DNA of 64,000 nucleotides from an uncultured Pseudomonadales bacterium (GCA_964437755.1 CAYTIA010000002.1:34107-98106); one strand, 5' to 3'. Shown: positions 47,921 through 57,693, counted from the stretch's first letter. A program made the numbers and translations. The notes: generated from the letters alone by a model not told the origin.

Positions 47921-48148
47921 ATGATTAAGATAACCACAAAAAAACTTTTAAGTGAGATCACGCTGTTTTTAATTGATCAACTTGAAAAAAATGAGATATC
48001 TATAGGTAGAGTTAAGAAAATATCTCGACAGATTTTGGCTGTTTTTCCAGATGAAAAGTGTGATAAAGATGAATTTCCAGTTGAGGTATTATCGCAGTTA
48101 ATAGAAATACCTGAAATTGATACCTTTTTTCAACAAAAGAAATGGTAG
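47921..48148 (+). CDS. Hypothetical small protein, translationally coupled to giant gene
   Basis: 75 aa. Stop overlaps start of 48142 ORF (ATGGTAG). Confidence 0.35.
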   Translation: MIKITTKKLLSEITLFLIDQLEKNEISIGRVKKISRQILAVFPDEKCDKDEFPVEVLSQLIEIPEIDTFFQQKKW

Positions 48149-51100
48149 CAGAAACGCCTCATCAAGAAGTAAACGCAGCCCAATCAAGGGAAGGAGAGTT
48201 TAGATTACGCGATTTATTAAGTGTTTTAAAAAGAGTAGCAGGACAAGAACCTCGGGTGGTACTTGCAACTTTTGTTAATATTGATGAATTTTTACCAACT
48301 GAGCAACAAAAGCAGCTAGTTAGTGAATTGCGTTGGGATCTTGGTGAAAAGAGAAAAACATATCGAAAATTTAAAGAGGCAGGAGTGAATCCTGAAAAGG
48401 CTCTGGATTTAATTGAATATCTTCAGAATGAGATACAGTTTTGCTCAGAGAAAGAGGAAGGTGAAGATAAGTCATGTGCGGGAGAAAAGATCTGTAAAAA
48501 TTACCGATATGAAGAAGGAGATTTTAGATATATTTGTAAATTGATTTCTCTTTCTGATGATCCAATTCAGCTTGTGATAGATATGGGGGAATTATTAGAT
48601 TTTAATGGTTATTATTCCTATCCATCAAGATTTATTTATCATCTTGCAGAATATGCAGAATCATTTTATCAAGCTCAACTTTCTCCACATTATCCTGAGG
48701 TTATTTCTTTAATAGGGGAGTTTTCAGGTGAGTCAGTTAAGATTAATTTCTCCGATTCTTCTTTTCGGTTCAACGAACAAGCTCAAAGAGACGAAAGACA
48801 ATTGAATAGAGTATATAGAGCAGTTCAAGATCCAGTGATTGTATTATCTAACATGGATCAGGTTGAGTTTAAGGGATTGTCCAATGGAGAAAATGTAAGG
48901 AGAGCAAAAGAGCTGTGGAATGAAATGTCTCAAGGAAAGAGTTTAAGGATAGAGTATATTCCAGAGTTATTAACCCTAGCTAATGATACTCAGCTTGCAA
49001 TTGGTTTTAAAGAAATGCTTGCTTACGATGGTCGATTAATGACGAAGATATACGAACAAGAACCTCAACAATTTGCTATTGCCATTGCGCGATTAAAAAA
49101 ACTCAAAGATGAAGTGCCTGAATTATGGGATCTACTTAAGTCTGGCTTTGATATTTCATGGTCATTTGACTATCCTCGTATGTATGGTTCAGATCCTCTT
49201 GATGTTTCGCAAATAGCTCAGCGTAGATACTCGTTTCAAGAAATATTGGCTAGTCAAAAACTAGTAACAAATGCACAGATTGTAGCTAGATATGATGATG
49301 AAAAATTAGAGGCAAGATCTTCCTTTGACGATATTTCTGATTATAAAAGGTATCGTTATACTTCCGATCCAGAAACTCTTGAGAAGAGTTATATTGCAGC
49401 TTATTCACTTGGACAGATATTTCAAAGATCGCGTTTTTCTGACATAAATAGGTACTATTTATGGCAAAACATAACTGAAACTGGCTGTCTAGATCATTTA
49501 TCAATTGAACAACTCAATCAGTTATTTACCCCTTTTGCTCAACTCATAGCAACAAAAGACTCTTCTTTTGTGGATGTTTTAGCTAAGATGGAGCCAAAGC
49601 TTTCTGATGTTATTGGATTAAGTCCCTCATTGGTTGAAGCTAAGGACCGTTTGGAGAAATTGTTATCAGATGAGATGCGGCTAATTGTGTCTGATAAGTC
49701 TTTTATGGATACTGTTTTTGGTGGAGAAATCTCTGGAGCAAGAGACTGGGAATTGATTCTTTCCAATTTGGATCAATATTATCAGCTCTTTCAAAAAAAA
49801 GATGAATTAGAGGCAAAAATTCATCTGTTAGAACACCCCGAATCAGGAGGGTATAGAGTTTCTGTCACTAGAGATTTGCAATTACTATTTTTAGTTTTAG
49901 AAATACCAGATTCGGTTTTAATCGAAATGTCAGAAGAGTCTGCCTCTTTACATCTAACGGTGAATTCAGATGCTGTAAGAAGATATATCTCTTACAGACT
50001 TCTCACTGATGCTGAAAAACAACAACTGCTTGATGGTGTTGGCAGTCAAAAGTATCAAAATGCAATCAAAAGTATTTACGATACAAGACTAAGCCTTACT
50101 GATCTAAGAAAATATATTATGCTTGATTCTGAAAAAAAAGACAAAGTTTGGGAGATGGTAACTCAGTTAGAAGCGGAATTGCACATTAGTGTGGCAAATT
50201 TTAGTGATACTAATGATCTTATCGGATTTCCTCTTGGGTTTTTATGTGAGTTGGTATCAAGCGACTCACTTTATGTGACTTTTGAGAATTTTATCTCTCA
50301 TGTTTTAGATGAACAAGACGATTCGATTGATTCTAATGGCAGACTTAAATGTTTTAGAATATGTGCAATTTTGTTAGCTAATCATCAACAAGATTTAGAA
50401 TTTAATTTTAATGAATATATTACACCACAGGGAGTACCTACTTCAAAGTTATTACTTGAGTTAGCTAATTCCAATCTTACAAATTTACACTGGGTGAGAC
50501 CATATATAACTGATCAATCCTTGCAGGAGATGGAGGAAGACGATCGAAACTTCTGGAAATTTTGGATTACTTTTAATGATGATACAAATTTCCAAAGATA
50601 TCTGCTTGAAAATAAATCAAGATTTGCTGAGTGGATTCAGGATGGAGTGGCGACACACGCTTTTATCTTGGAATTAGCTAGAAACAATCTTGCCGGAATC
50701 GGAACGATTCAAAAACTAATTGAACCAGCTTTATTAAAGATGTCGAAAGATGAAACAGACTTTTGGTCTTTTTGGAAAACATCTTCAGCTGTTGAGAGGA
50801 GGGTGATTACTTCGAATAATGAGCGCTTTTCCCAGCTAGTTGTTGAAGGCGTTCCTACTGCAGTTTTCTATGAATTGGTTGCTAAAGAAAGTCCAGAACA
50901 TTTCATGGAAAACTATGACATCAATGATCTTGCCTCTGACTTAGATCAGAGAACTAGATTTAGAGAAATTGTTTTACAAGCTTTTATTGATAAACATACT
51001 CAGAATCCATATTTTCAAATGGTTTATCGTTTATTAAAAGGAGAGATTGCCGACAGGGGTGTAATAAGTGAATCAATTAAAGAGATGTTTAATCAGGGCT

Positions 51101-53061
51101 ATGGCATGGAGGTTGATGAAGAGTTTGTCACAACTCTTGATCAGTATATAGAAAATTCTCAAGAAGAAAAATACAATCCTATCATTCCAGATAGAGAGGC
51201 CTTTTGGAATGAAAATATACGAATATATTTAGCAGTAAGGAAACTCAAATGGACAATTAATGGATTTGAAAGATTTAGGAGTCTCGTCCAAAATTCTGCT
51301 GTTAATCAAATTTTAAGTGATGAAGGAAATATTGTTCGTTTGCAACAAATATCACCAAAAATTGGGTTAAATGCTAATAATATTTTTTATGTGAATAGTA
51401 CCTCGTTGTTATGGTTGTACGAGAATTCTTCAGTTGAACCTTGTGTTGGATTTTTTAGAAGAATTCTTAATGAGAAGCCAACAAGTTTGAATAGTTGCGC
51501 CTTAACCTTTAGTCAGATTTCTGAAGGAAAAAGAGCTTTACTTTTTACAGATCCTTTATACCAAGAAAGGTTATTTGAAGCGATGGGAGAGTTTAAGAAT
51601 GTCGTTCCATCTTTAATTGACGGCTATGTTTTAGAAGACGATTTAAATGAAAGAGTTGCTTTTAGAGAAAAAATTAACGAGTTTAGAAGACGAGTTCATC
51701 GGAACCTACCGATTTTAGACCTTGTAAAGAATTATGAAGATAGAAGAACTATTGCTGACATGATTGCTCTTACCTTTCCTGGAACAAATCAAGGTGGTAT
51801 CTTGTCACAGATTGAGATGGCAGGCGATAGGTGTGATGATCTTAAGGAACTAACTATCAGGGATGAAGGTTATGTTGGTCAAATCTTTTCTAGAGAGAAG
51901 ATGGTTATTTTGAGGGAGGCTAATCAGCCAATTGACGAGGGAATAATCAATTTATTAAGATCAGTATTTTCTCTTCCCCAAGAAAGACCACAAAATCAGG
52001 ACAAAGAGGCTCAACTAGCATCTAAAGGTTGGTCAAGGCTAATCAAAGAAGCTGGTTCAACTAAAAGTGAAGTATTTTTAGCTACAGCTATGAGCGAGGC
52101 TATTGCCTGTGTACGAGTGGCCATGGGTGAAAAAGTTGAACAGTTCTATGAAATGATCTCAAGGGATCTTTCTCAGGTACAAAGTAAAGCAGAGTTGTTA
52201 ACAAAAGCTAAAGAGTTGTTTGGTATTTATTATAAGGATAATGCAACTGAGGCAATTGATCAGTTCTTGACTCAAAATTCAGATATTGAGCAGCGACTTT
52301 TAGGACAGCTATCACCAAAAAGAATTCAAGCATTAGAAAAAAACATCGGTTCTTCGAGAACAATAAGTGAAGCTAAAAGACAAGAATTTTTGCAGATTAT
52401 AATCAATTTAAAAGATCCTCAAACTCCTGAAGTAAAAAGAAAAGCATTGGCTGGATTGTTAGCATTTTTATCAGAGAGGGGTTTGTTTGCTGGTAGCCAG
52501 GGTTTGCGTAAAAAAGTAGATAATGAGTTGGCCAAGTTGGTTTTAGTAGATAAAGAGGGAGAGGATGCAGTAGATGAATCATTGTTACTAAGAGGTTTTG
52601 CTACAAAAAATGCAGCTTCCTTTTTTGCTAAAACTACAGCTGGTATTTGTACAGCTCAAGACTTTGGTTTATATCATCGACCAGATCATTTTCATATAAA
52701 TCTAATTAATCAAGAAGATGTTGTGGTGGGAAATATTCAAGGGTATTTGGTCGAAGATTTTGAGGGCGAAAGAGCCGTAATATTTAGAGGTTTTAACCCT
52801 TCATCCAGCATTGTTAGTTCAACTAATGCTGCGGTTATTTGTGATCAAATGGTAAGTATTGTGAGGCAGCTTGCCGCAGACAATGGAATAAAACACGTTT
52901 TAATACCCCAGCAAAATAATTGGCATCCACTAACCAATCGAGTTGGTGAGGGAATAGTTGAATATTTTGCCTCTCGTTTTTATAAAGAAGAAAATAAAGT
53001 TGATTTTCAATTTAATATTACTGAAACGCAGGAAGTGAATACTTTTTATAAGATGGCCTAG
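48142..53061 (+). CDS. Giant hypothetical protein (1639 aa) with internal tandem repeats
   Basis: Uninterrupted 4.9-kb ORF, no signal peptide or TM. At least two about 70-aa tandem repeats (GVPTSKLLLELANSN..EEDDRNFWKFWITF..NKSRFAEWIQD and GVATHAFILELARNN..KDETDFWSFWKTS..NNERFSQLVVE), with a third partial copy. C-terminal about 130 aa with conserved-looking Cys/His/Asp positions (GICTAQDFG..HRPDHFH..). Confidence 0.6.
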   Translation: MVAETPHQEVNAAQSREGEFRLRDLLSVLKRVAGQEPRVVLATFVNIDEFLPTEQQKQLVSELRWDLGEKRKTYRKFKEAGVNPEKALDLIEYLQNEIQFCSEKEEGEDKSCAGEKICKNYRYEEGDFRYICKLISLSDDPIQLVIDMGELLDFNGYYSYPSRFIYHLAEYAESFYQAQLSPHYPEVISLIGEFSGESVKINFSDSSFRFNEQAQRDERQLNRVYRAVQDPVIVLSNMDQVEFKGLSNGENVRRAKELWNEMSQGKSLRIEYIPELLTLANDTQLAIGFKEMLAYDGRLMTKIYEQEPQQFAIAIARLKKLKDEVPELWDLLKSGFDISWSFDYPRMYGSDPLDVSQIAQRRYSFQEILASQKLVTNAQIVARYDDEKLEARSSFDDISDYKRYRYTSDPETLEKSYIAAYSLGQIFQRSRFSDINRYYLWQNITETGCLDHLSIEQLNQLFTPFAQLIATKDSSFVDVLAKMEPKLSDVIGLSPSLVEAKDRLEKLLSDEMRLIVSDKSFMDTVFGGEISGARDWELILSNLDQYYQLFQKKDELEAKIHLLEHPESGGYRVSVTRDLQLLFLVLEIPDSVLIEMSEESASLHLTVNSDAVRRYISYRLLTDAEKQQLLDGVGSQKYQNAIKSIYDTRLSLTDLRKYIMLDSEKKDKVWEMVTQLEAELHISVANFSDTNDLIGFPLGFLCELVSSDSLYVTFENFISHVLDEQDDSIDSNGRLKCFRICAILLANHQQDLEFNFNEYITPQGVPTSKLLLELANSNLTNLHWVRPYITDQSLQEMEEDDRNFWKFWITFNDDTNFQRYLLENKSRFAEWIQDGVATHAFILELARNNLAGIGTIQKLIEPALLKMSKDETDFWSFWKTSSAVERRVITSNNERFSQLVVEGVPTAVFYELVAKESPEHFMENYDINDLASDLDQRTRFREIVLQAFIDKHTQNPYFQMVYRLLKGEIADRGVISESIKEMFNQGYGMEVDEEFVTTLDQYIENSQEEKYNPIIPDREAFWNENIRIYLAVRKLKWTINGFERFRSLVQNSAVNQILSDEGNIVRLQQISPKIGLNANNIFYVNSTSLLWLYENSSVEPCVGFFRRILNEKPTSLNSCALTFSQISEGKRALLFTDPLYQERLFEAMGEFKNVVPSLIDGYVLEDDLNERVAFREKINEFRRRVHRNLPILDLVKNYEDRRTIADMIALTFPGTNQGGILSQIEMAGDRCDDLKELTIRDEGYVGQIFSREKMVILREANQPIDEGIINLLRSVFSLPQERPQNQDKEAQLASKGWSRLIKEAGSTKSEVFLATAMSEAIACVRVAMGEKVEQFYEMISRDLSQVQSKAELLTKAKELFGIYYKDNATEAIDQFLTQNSDIEQRLLGQLSPKRIQALEKNIGSSRTISEAKRQEFLQIIINLKDPQTPEVKRKALAGLLAFLSERGLFAGSQGLRKKVDNELAKLVLVDKEGEDAVDESLLLRGFATKNAASFFAKTTAGICTAQDFGLYHRPDHFHINLINQEDVVVGNIQGYLVEDFEGERAVIFRGFNPSSSIVSSTNAAVICDQMVSIVRQLAADNGIKHVLIPQQNNWHPLTNRVGEGIVEYFASRFYKEENKVDFQFNITETQEVNTFYKMA

Positions 53062-53128
53062 AGATAAACATATTTCTAATTGGTTATAGAACACGCATAT
53101 TGATAGCACTTTCAAACTAGTTAGCAAA

Positions 53129-53332
53129 ATGAAAATCTATATGAAAAAAGCATTACCAACTCAAGTATATAGAATCTTGATGACTATATTAAATAGGCTT
53201 GAAAAAGGAGAAATTGATCTACCTGAGGCTTCTAAACAAGCAAAGATAATCAAAAGGGTTCTTAATGAGATAGATAGTAATGGTCAACAAAAAGCTTTAG
53301 ATTTATTAAATCAACTATCAAAAGAATTATGA
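53129..53332 (+). CDS. Hypothetical small protein
   Basis: 67 aa. Stop overlaps next start (ATGA). Confidence 0.3.
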   Translation: MKIYMKKALPTQVYRILMTILNRLEKGEIDLPEASKQAKIIKRVLNEIDSNGQQKALDLLNQLSKEL

Positions 53333-54048
53333 GCCAAGAAGAGTTGTTGACGATTTTGGCTACCCCACAAGCTGAAAAAAGCAATGGAACGACTTCTGCT
53401 TTAGAAATATATCATCAGTTAAAACAAGTAGAAAAACAGGTTCTTCTTGATCCAAGAATGTCAAGTGAAGTATTGATTGCTTTCACAAGGATTGTCCATA
53501 ATCTTCCTAACTTTGATTTTTCAAGGAACGATGAGTTTGAAATAAGTGAGCCGATAATTATCAATGGTGTATCCATGAGTTTAAGTTTGTTAATCAAAAC
53601 TGATCCAGACAAATTAGACAGATGTTTAACCGCGAGACTCAGTTTTAATTTATCAGATAACGATAACCCCTTTTCATCACCAATGATTGATAAACCAATG
53701 GGAATCTTAGACTCTGGAGAGCTCTGTTGTAGAGAGATAAGATTTAACTCAAAAAAATCAACAACACTAGTTGAAGGAGTTTCAAGATCGAGGTCAGTTG
53801 AAATAACGAGAGGTTTACCAACTCAACTTTTTCTTTTGGCTCATTTTTTAACAAGAGCATTGATAGCAAAAAGTAAATTTTCAGGAAAAATTTTGGCAAT
53901 TATTGAAGATGCCGCCGTAGATCAAAAAACTAGAACTTCTTCTGGTTGGTCTGGTCGTAGGGCTACCGAAATAGGTTTTAAAAAAAGTAGGTTCCACCAA
54001 CTTTTGTTGAGGAGCTCTCATCCTTGTTATACTTATCAGTATCAATGA
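53329..54048 (+). CDS. Hypothetical protein
   Basis: 239-aa ORF, no motif. Confidence 0.4.
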   Translation: MSQEELLTILATPQAEKSNGTTSALEIYHQLKQVEKQVLLDPRMSSEVLIAFTRIVHNLPNFDFSRNDEFEISEPIIINGVSMSLSLLIKTDPDKLDRCLTARLSFNLSDNDNPFSSPMIDKPMGILDSGELCCREIRFNSKKSTTLVEGVSRSRSVEITRGLPTQLFLLAHFLTRALIAKSKFSGKILAIIEDAAVDQKTRTSSGWSGRRATEIGFKKSRFHQLLLRSSHPCYTYQYQ

Positions 54049-54068
54049 AAACTGTATTTTGAACAATT

Positions 54069-55223
54069 ATGACTAAAGAAGATCGTAATGAAAGATTGGG
54101 AATTGGGGAAAGACTTAATTCACTTATAAAACAACTAAGAGCTCTTCTTGATCAGGGTAGGGGGTCAGAGGTGTTAGATATTTTGGCAGAAGTTGTACCT
54201 GATGAAGAACCCGTTGGCGAAGAAAATGCTGATGACGCAGAACTCGATCTTTTTCCAGGTGATGAGATCTTTTGGAATCCTGAGCTAAGATCAGTTGAAT
54301 CTCAAAAAATGATTCCCAGATCAGAAGATGATCAAGAAGCTCAGCAGCATCAAGAACAACAGGGGAGTATCTTGAAGAGTAAAGAGGAAATAGCTGAAAA
54401 AATATCTCCAGCAGACTGTGTTGAAAAAGCAACAATGTATTGCAGGTTGGTTGATAATGCTCACTTACCTAAAGAATTAATGAAACTGGTTATAGATCGT
54501 TTGGTGCTTTGGAAATTAATTGACCTCAATGATATTTCTGATAATATTTTTGAAAATTATCATCAATTTAGTGGTTTTATAAAAAATGTGCAAAGAGTAA
54601 GAATCGCTCAGCATAATAGTGAATTTATCAATGCTTTTAATAATGACCCATGGAATGGAGAGCCAATTGAGGCAGAATACACAGATGACGAGCTCGGAAA
54701 ATGGCCGTATCTCCATTTAGAAGCAATTAAAAAAAGTCTGGGAGATTCTTCGAAGTTTATTTTTAGAGTACAAAAGAATTTTTTTACAATGGTGCTTACA
54801 GAGCAAGATGATGGCTCAAGACAAATTGTAAGGCTAGCATCTTCCCAGAGGTCACAAGATCAGGTTCAAAATGATGTTTTAAATATGCCAGATATAATTC
54901 CAAAAACCGAAATAATTGCAGTTGGAAATAATGAGTATGTTATGTTAATTGAATGGATAAATGGAAAGACTCCGCAGACAGAGGCAGAAAAATTGAGGTG
55001 CTATCAAGCAGCGGAGGCTCTTTTAGTAGTGCCAATTGGAGAAGAAAATTTATATGACTTAAACTCAGGAAATTTTCTTATTGTGAATAATGATGGAGTC
55101 GAAAAAATTTACTATGTTGATAGAGATATACCAGCGAGTATTGTAAAAAATGGATTAGACCCAGATGGAGTTGAGTCAAGAAGAAATCAGTTTGAACGAT
55201 CAAAGAATGAGAAAGTTCGCTAA
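54069..55223 (+). CDS. Protein with C-terminal protein-kinase-like (APH/Kdo/RIO-type) fold domain and acidic N-terminal region
   Basis: 384 aa. C-terminal region has hinge-like VMLIEWINGKT, catalytic-loop-like DLNSGNFLIVNNDG (compare DLHPGNILV) and metal-binding-like YYVDRD (compare IDFG/IDWE). Confidence 0.4.
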   Translation: MTKEDRNERLGIGERLNSLIKQLRALLDQGRGSEVLDILAEVVPDEEPVGEENADDAELDLFPGDEIFWNPELRSVESQKMIPRSEDDQEAQQHQEQQGSILKSKEEIAEKISPADCVEKATMYCRLVDNAHLPKELMKLVIDRLVLWKLIDLNDISDNIFENYHQFSGFIKNVQRVRIAQHNSEFINAFNNDPWNGEPIEAEYTDDELGKWPYLHLEAIKKSLGDSSKFIFRVQKNFFTMVLTEQDDGSRQIVRLASSQRSQDQVQNDVLNMPDIIPKTEIIAVGNNEYVMLIEWINGKTPQTEAEKLRCYQAAEALLVVPIGEENLYDLNSGNFLIVNNDGVEKIYYVDRDIPASIVKNGLDPDGVESRRNQFERSKNEKVR

Positions 55224-55260
55224 CAACAATTTTCTCTATATTTAGTCAACTCCAAATCTT

Positions 55261-56058
55261 TTACTCTTCCCACTCAACTTTAACTCCGGGACTCATGGAG
55301 GCGGCAATAATCACCTTAACGAGTCTTCCCTTAAAAGCTTTAAATAAAGCCTGTAAGTTTTCAACTAAATGAGCTGTTTCCATATCTGTTTTACCAATGG
55401 ATACATGCATGAGTGGAGCTTTTCTTTCGGTTTTAAGCATCATGCTACCTGCTTGAAGCTCTTTTTGTCTTTGTTCCGGATTGGTAGTAAGGGTACCGCT
55501 TTTTGGATTTGGCATTAGGCCTTTTGGACCCAAAACTGGAGCAAACTTGGTTAATTTAGCCATGAACTGAGGGGTAGAGATCAAGACATCAAAGTCGATG
55601 TTATTGTTCTCTATCTTTTTTAAAGTTTCTTCTGAGGCAATCTCAACCACTTTTGACTGTCCGGTGGAATGGGGTAGAGAGATTTCTTTACTAATACCAA
55701 TTTCTCTAACTGTAAGGTGAGCAGAAATAGTACCGACAAATTTAGAATATGAAAGTTTCTTAACTAATTCCACAGCTGACTCTGCATCATAGCTTTTTGT
55801 TCGATCTACTTTTGAGCGAACTGCCTGATATTTTTTACTTCTGTGTTTTATTTTTTTTAAAGTTGGTGTCTTTTTTACTTCCTCTTGATTTGATTCAACC
55901 ACTGTTTCAGCACCATCTGCCACTTGCGTAACTTCTTTTACTACTTTCTCTTCAGCTTTTGGTTTTTCAGCTTTGGTTTTTTTTGCAACTTTTTTAGTTT
56001 TCTCTTTTTTTTCTTCTGTCATTTTTGTAGACATATCAACTGGTTTTTTTGATCCCAT
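55261..56058 (-). CDS. rplA: 50S ribosomal protein L1 with about 65-aa Lys/Glu-rich N-terminal extension
   Basis: FDVLISTPQFMAKLTKFAPVLGPKGLMPNPKSGTLT and LPHSTGQSKVV match L1. N-terminus MGSKKPVDMSTKMTEEKKEKTKKVAKKTKAEKPKAEEK. Confidence 0.9.
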   Translation of the reverse strand: MGSKKPVDMSTKMTEEKKEKTKKVAKKTKAEKPKAEEKVVKEVTQVADGAETVVESNQEEVKKTPTLKKIKHRSKKYQAVRSKVDRTKSYDAESAVELVKKLSYSKFVGTISAHLTVREIGISKEISLPHSTGQSKVVEIASEETLKKIENNNIDFDVLISTPQFMAKLTKFAPVLGPKGLMPNPKSGTLTTNPEQRQKELQAGSMMLKTERKAPLMHVSIGKTDMETAHLVENLQALFKAFKGRLVKVIIAASMSPGVKVEWEE

Positions 56059-56196
56059 AAAAAAATCTCCTTAAGATAATTATTTTGTAATAGTAATATT
56101 TATTTATATAATTTTGTTCTCGTAACGCATCCGCTCTTGAGGAAACAGACGCTGGAACATTTTTTTCTTTAGTTAGAAGATAATTTCTTTTGTCTT

Positions 56197-56619
56197 CTAT
56201 ACAATCTTCACACCCATACTTTTAGCTGAACCCATAACGGTTTTAATTGCAGCATCAATATCTGTGGTATTAAGATCTGGCAATTTAGTTTCAGCTATTT
56301 GCTTGACCTGATCCATGGTTAGCTCACCGATAATATTAGTTTTTGGTTCTTTACTACCTTGTTTTTTGCCAATGACTTTGAGAATCATGGCTGAAACTGG
56401 AGGTAACTTAAGTTCAAAAGTAAAAGATCGATCTTGATAAACGGTAATTTCTGCAGGAATAATCTCGCCACGCTTATCGGCTGTTTTATCATTGTACTGC
56501 TTGATGAAGTCCATCATGTTGATACCAGCTTGACCCAAAATAGGTCCAACTGGCGGAGCGGGCGTGGCTGCTCCTGCAGGTAAATTTAATTTAAGAACAT
56601 TAAGTATTTTTTTTGCCAT
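56197..56619 (-). CDS. rplK: 50S ribosomal protein L11
   Basis: PAGAATPAPPVGPILGQAGINMMDFIKQYN...TFELKLPPVSAMILK matches L11. Confidence 0.95.
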   Translation of the reverse strand: MAKKILNVLKLNLPAGAATPAPPVGPILGQAGINMMDFIKQYNDKTADKRGEIIPAEITVYQDRSFTFELKLPPVSAMILKVIGKKQGSKEPKTNIIGELTMDQVKQIAETKLPDLNTTDIDAAIKTVMGSAKSMGVKIV

Positions 56620-56682
56620 AATTCTTTCTAAGTTGGTTATTCTATCATAATTTAATTAAATGACGGTCAAATATACTAGAAA

Positions 56683-57369
56683 CTAGATTTTTTCAACTTG
56701 TAAAAAATCAAGCTCAACTGGGGTTTCTCTTCCAAAAATATTAATTAATACAGTTACTTGAGCCTTGTTCTCATCTATCTTTTGAACTGTGCCCAAGAAC
56801 TCGTTAAATGGACCATCGGTAATTTTAACTGCCTCACCCTCGGTGTACTCAGCTTTGTATTGAGGAGTTGCTTGTTGAGCATACTTAGTGATGGCATCAA
56901 CCTCATATGCTGGAATTGGGCTAGGACGGCTACTAGCACCGACAAAACCCGTTACTCCTTGAGTAGTACGAACTGCTAACCAAGCATCATCTTCCATAAT
57001 CATATTGACCAACATGTATCCTGGAAAAACCTTTTCGGTGATGGTTTTTCTTTGACCTTTACGAATCTGAATTTTTTCTCTGGTTGGAATTAAAACCTTA
57101 ATAATTTTGTCGGTAAGATTTAGGGTAGTGGCGCGTTGTTTTAGAGTTTCAGCTACTTTGTTTTCTCTACCCGAATAGGTGTGAACTACATACCAATGAG
57201 CTTTGTCATTATCCTCATCGGCAATACGAACCAAATTTGGATCGTTGACTTCAACCTCCTGGACATCAGGAACTTTTGGAGTATTGGTGTTATCTGTGTT
57301 TCCCAGTTGCTCGGGGACTTCTTCTGGCTGTTTATCTTGAGTTGTTTGTGTAGTTTGATCTGTCATCAC
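56683..57369 (-). CDS. nusG: Transcription termination/antitermination factor NusG (with about 55-aa N-terminal low-complexity extension)
   Basis: WYVVHTYSGRENKV NGN domain and C-terminal KOW (GEAVKITDGPFNEFLGTVQKID). Confidence 0.9.
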   Translation of the reverse strand: MMTDQTTQTTQDKQPEEVPEQLGNTDNTNTPKVPDVQEVEVNDPNLVRIADEDNDKAHWYVVHTYSGRENKVAETLKQRATTLNLTDKIIKVLIPTREKIQIRKGQRKTITEKVFPGYMLVNMIMEDDAWLAVRTTQGVTGFVGASSRPSPIPAYEVDAITKYAQQATPQYKAEYTEGEAVKITDGPFNEFLGTVQKIDENKAQVTVLINIFGRETPVELDFLQVEKI

Positions 57370-57389
57370 ATTGATTTTAACTGTTAATA

Positions 57390-57581
57390 CTAATTGACCA
57401 GTGCCAGCATTATTTGTTGGAGTAGATAATCAACTCCGCCAATATAGGTTGCTGTAACGATACTAATTACAATTACCAATACAGTTTGATTAATTGTTTG
57501 TATCTTACTTGGCCAACTTACTTTCTTGAGTTCGATAATAACCTGCTTGATGTACTTTTTGATGAATTTCATATAAATCAA
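57390..57581 (-). CDS. secE: Preprotein translocase subunit SecE
   Basis: 63 aa. ELKKVSWPSKIQTINQTVLVIVISIV: conserved WP motif followed by a single TM. Confidence 0.8.
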   Translation of the reverse strand: MIYMKFIKKYIKQVIIELKKVSWPSKIQTINQTVLVIVISIVTATYIGGVDYLLQQIMLALVN

Positions 57582-57693
57582 TTTATTCGTCAGCTGATAA
57601 GAGGCTTTCTCGAAGGGATAATTTTAACACAAAACAAAAAATAATTAACTATGAGTTTTGATAATGAAAAAATAGCTAAAATGATGACTAAGA

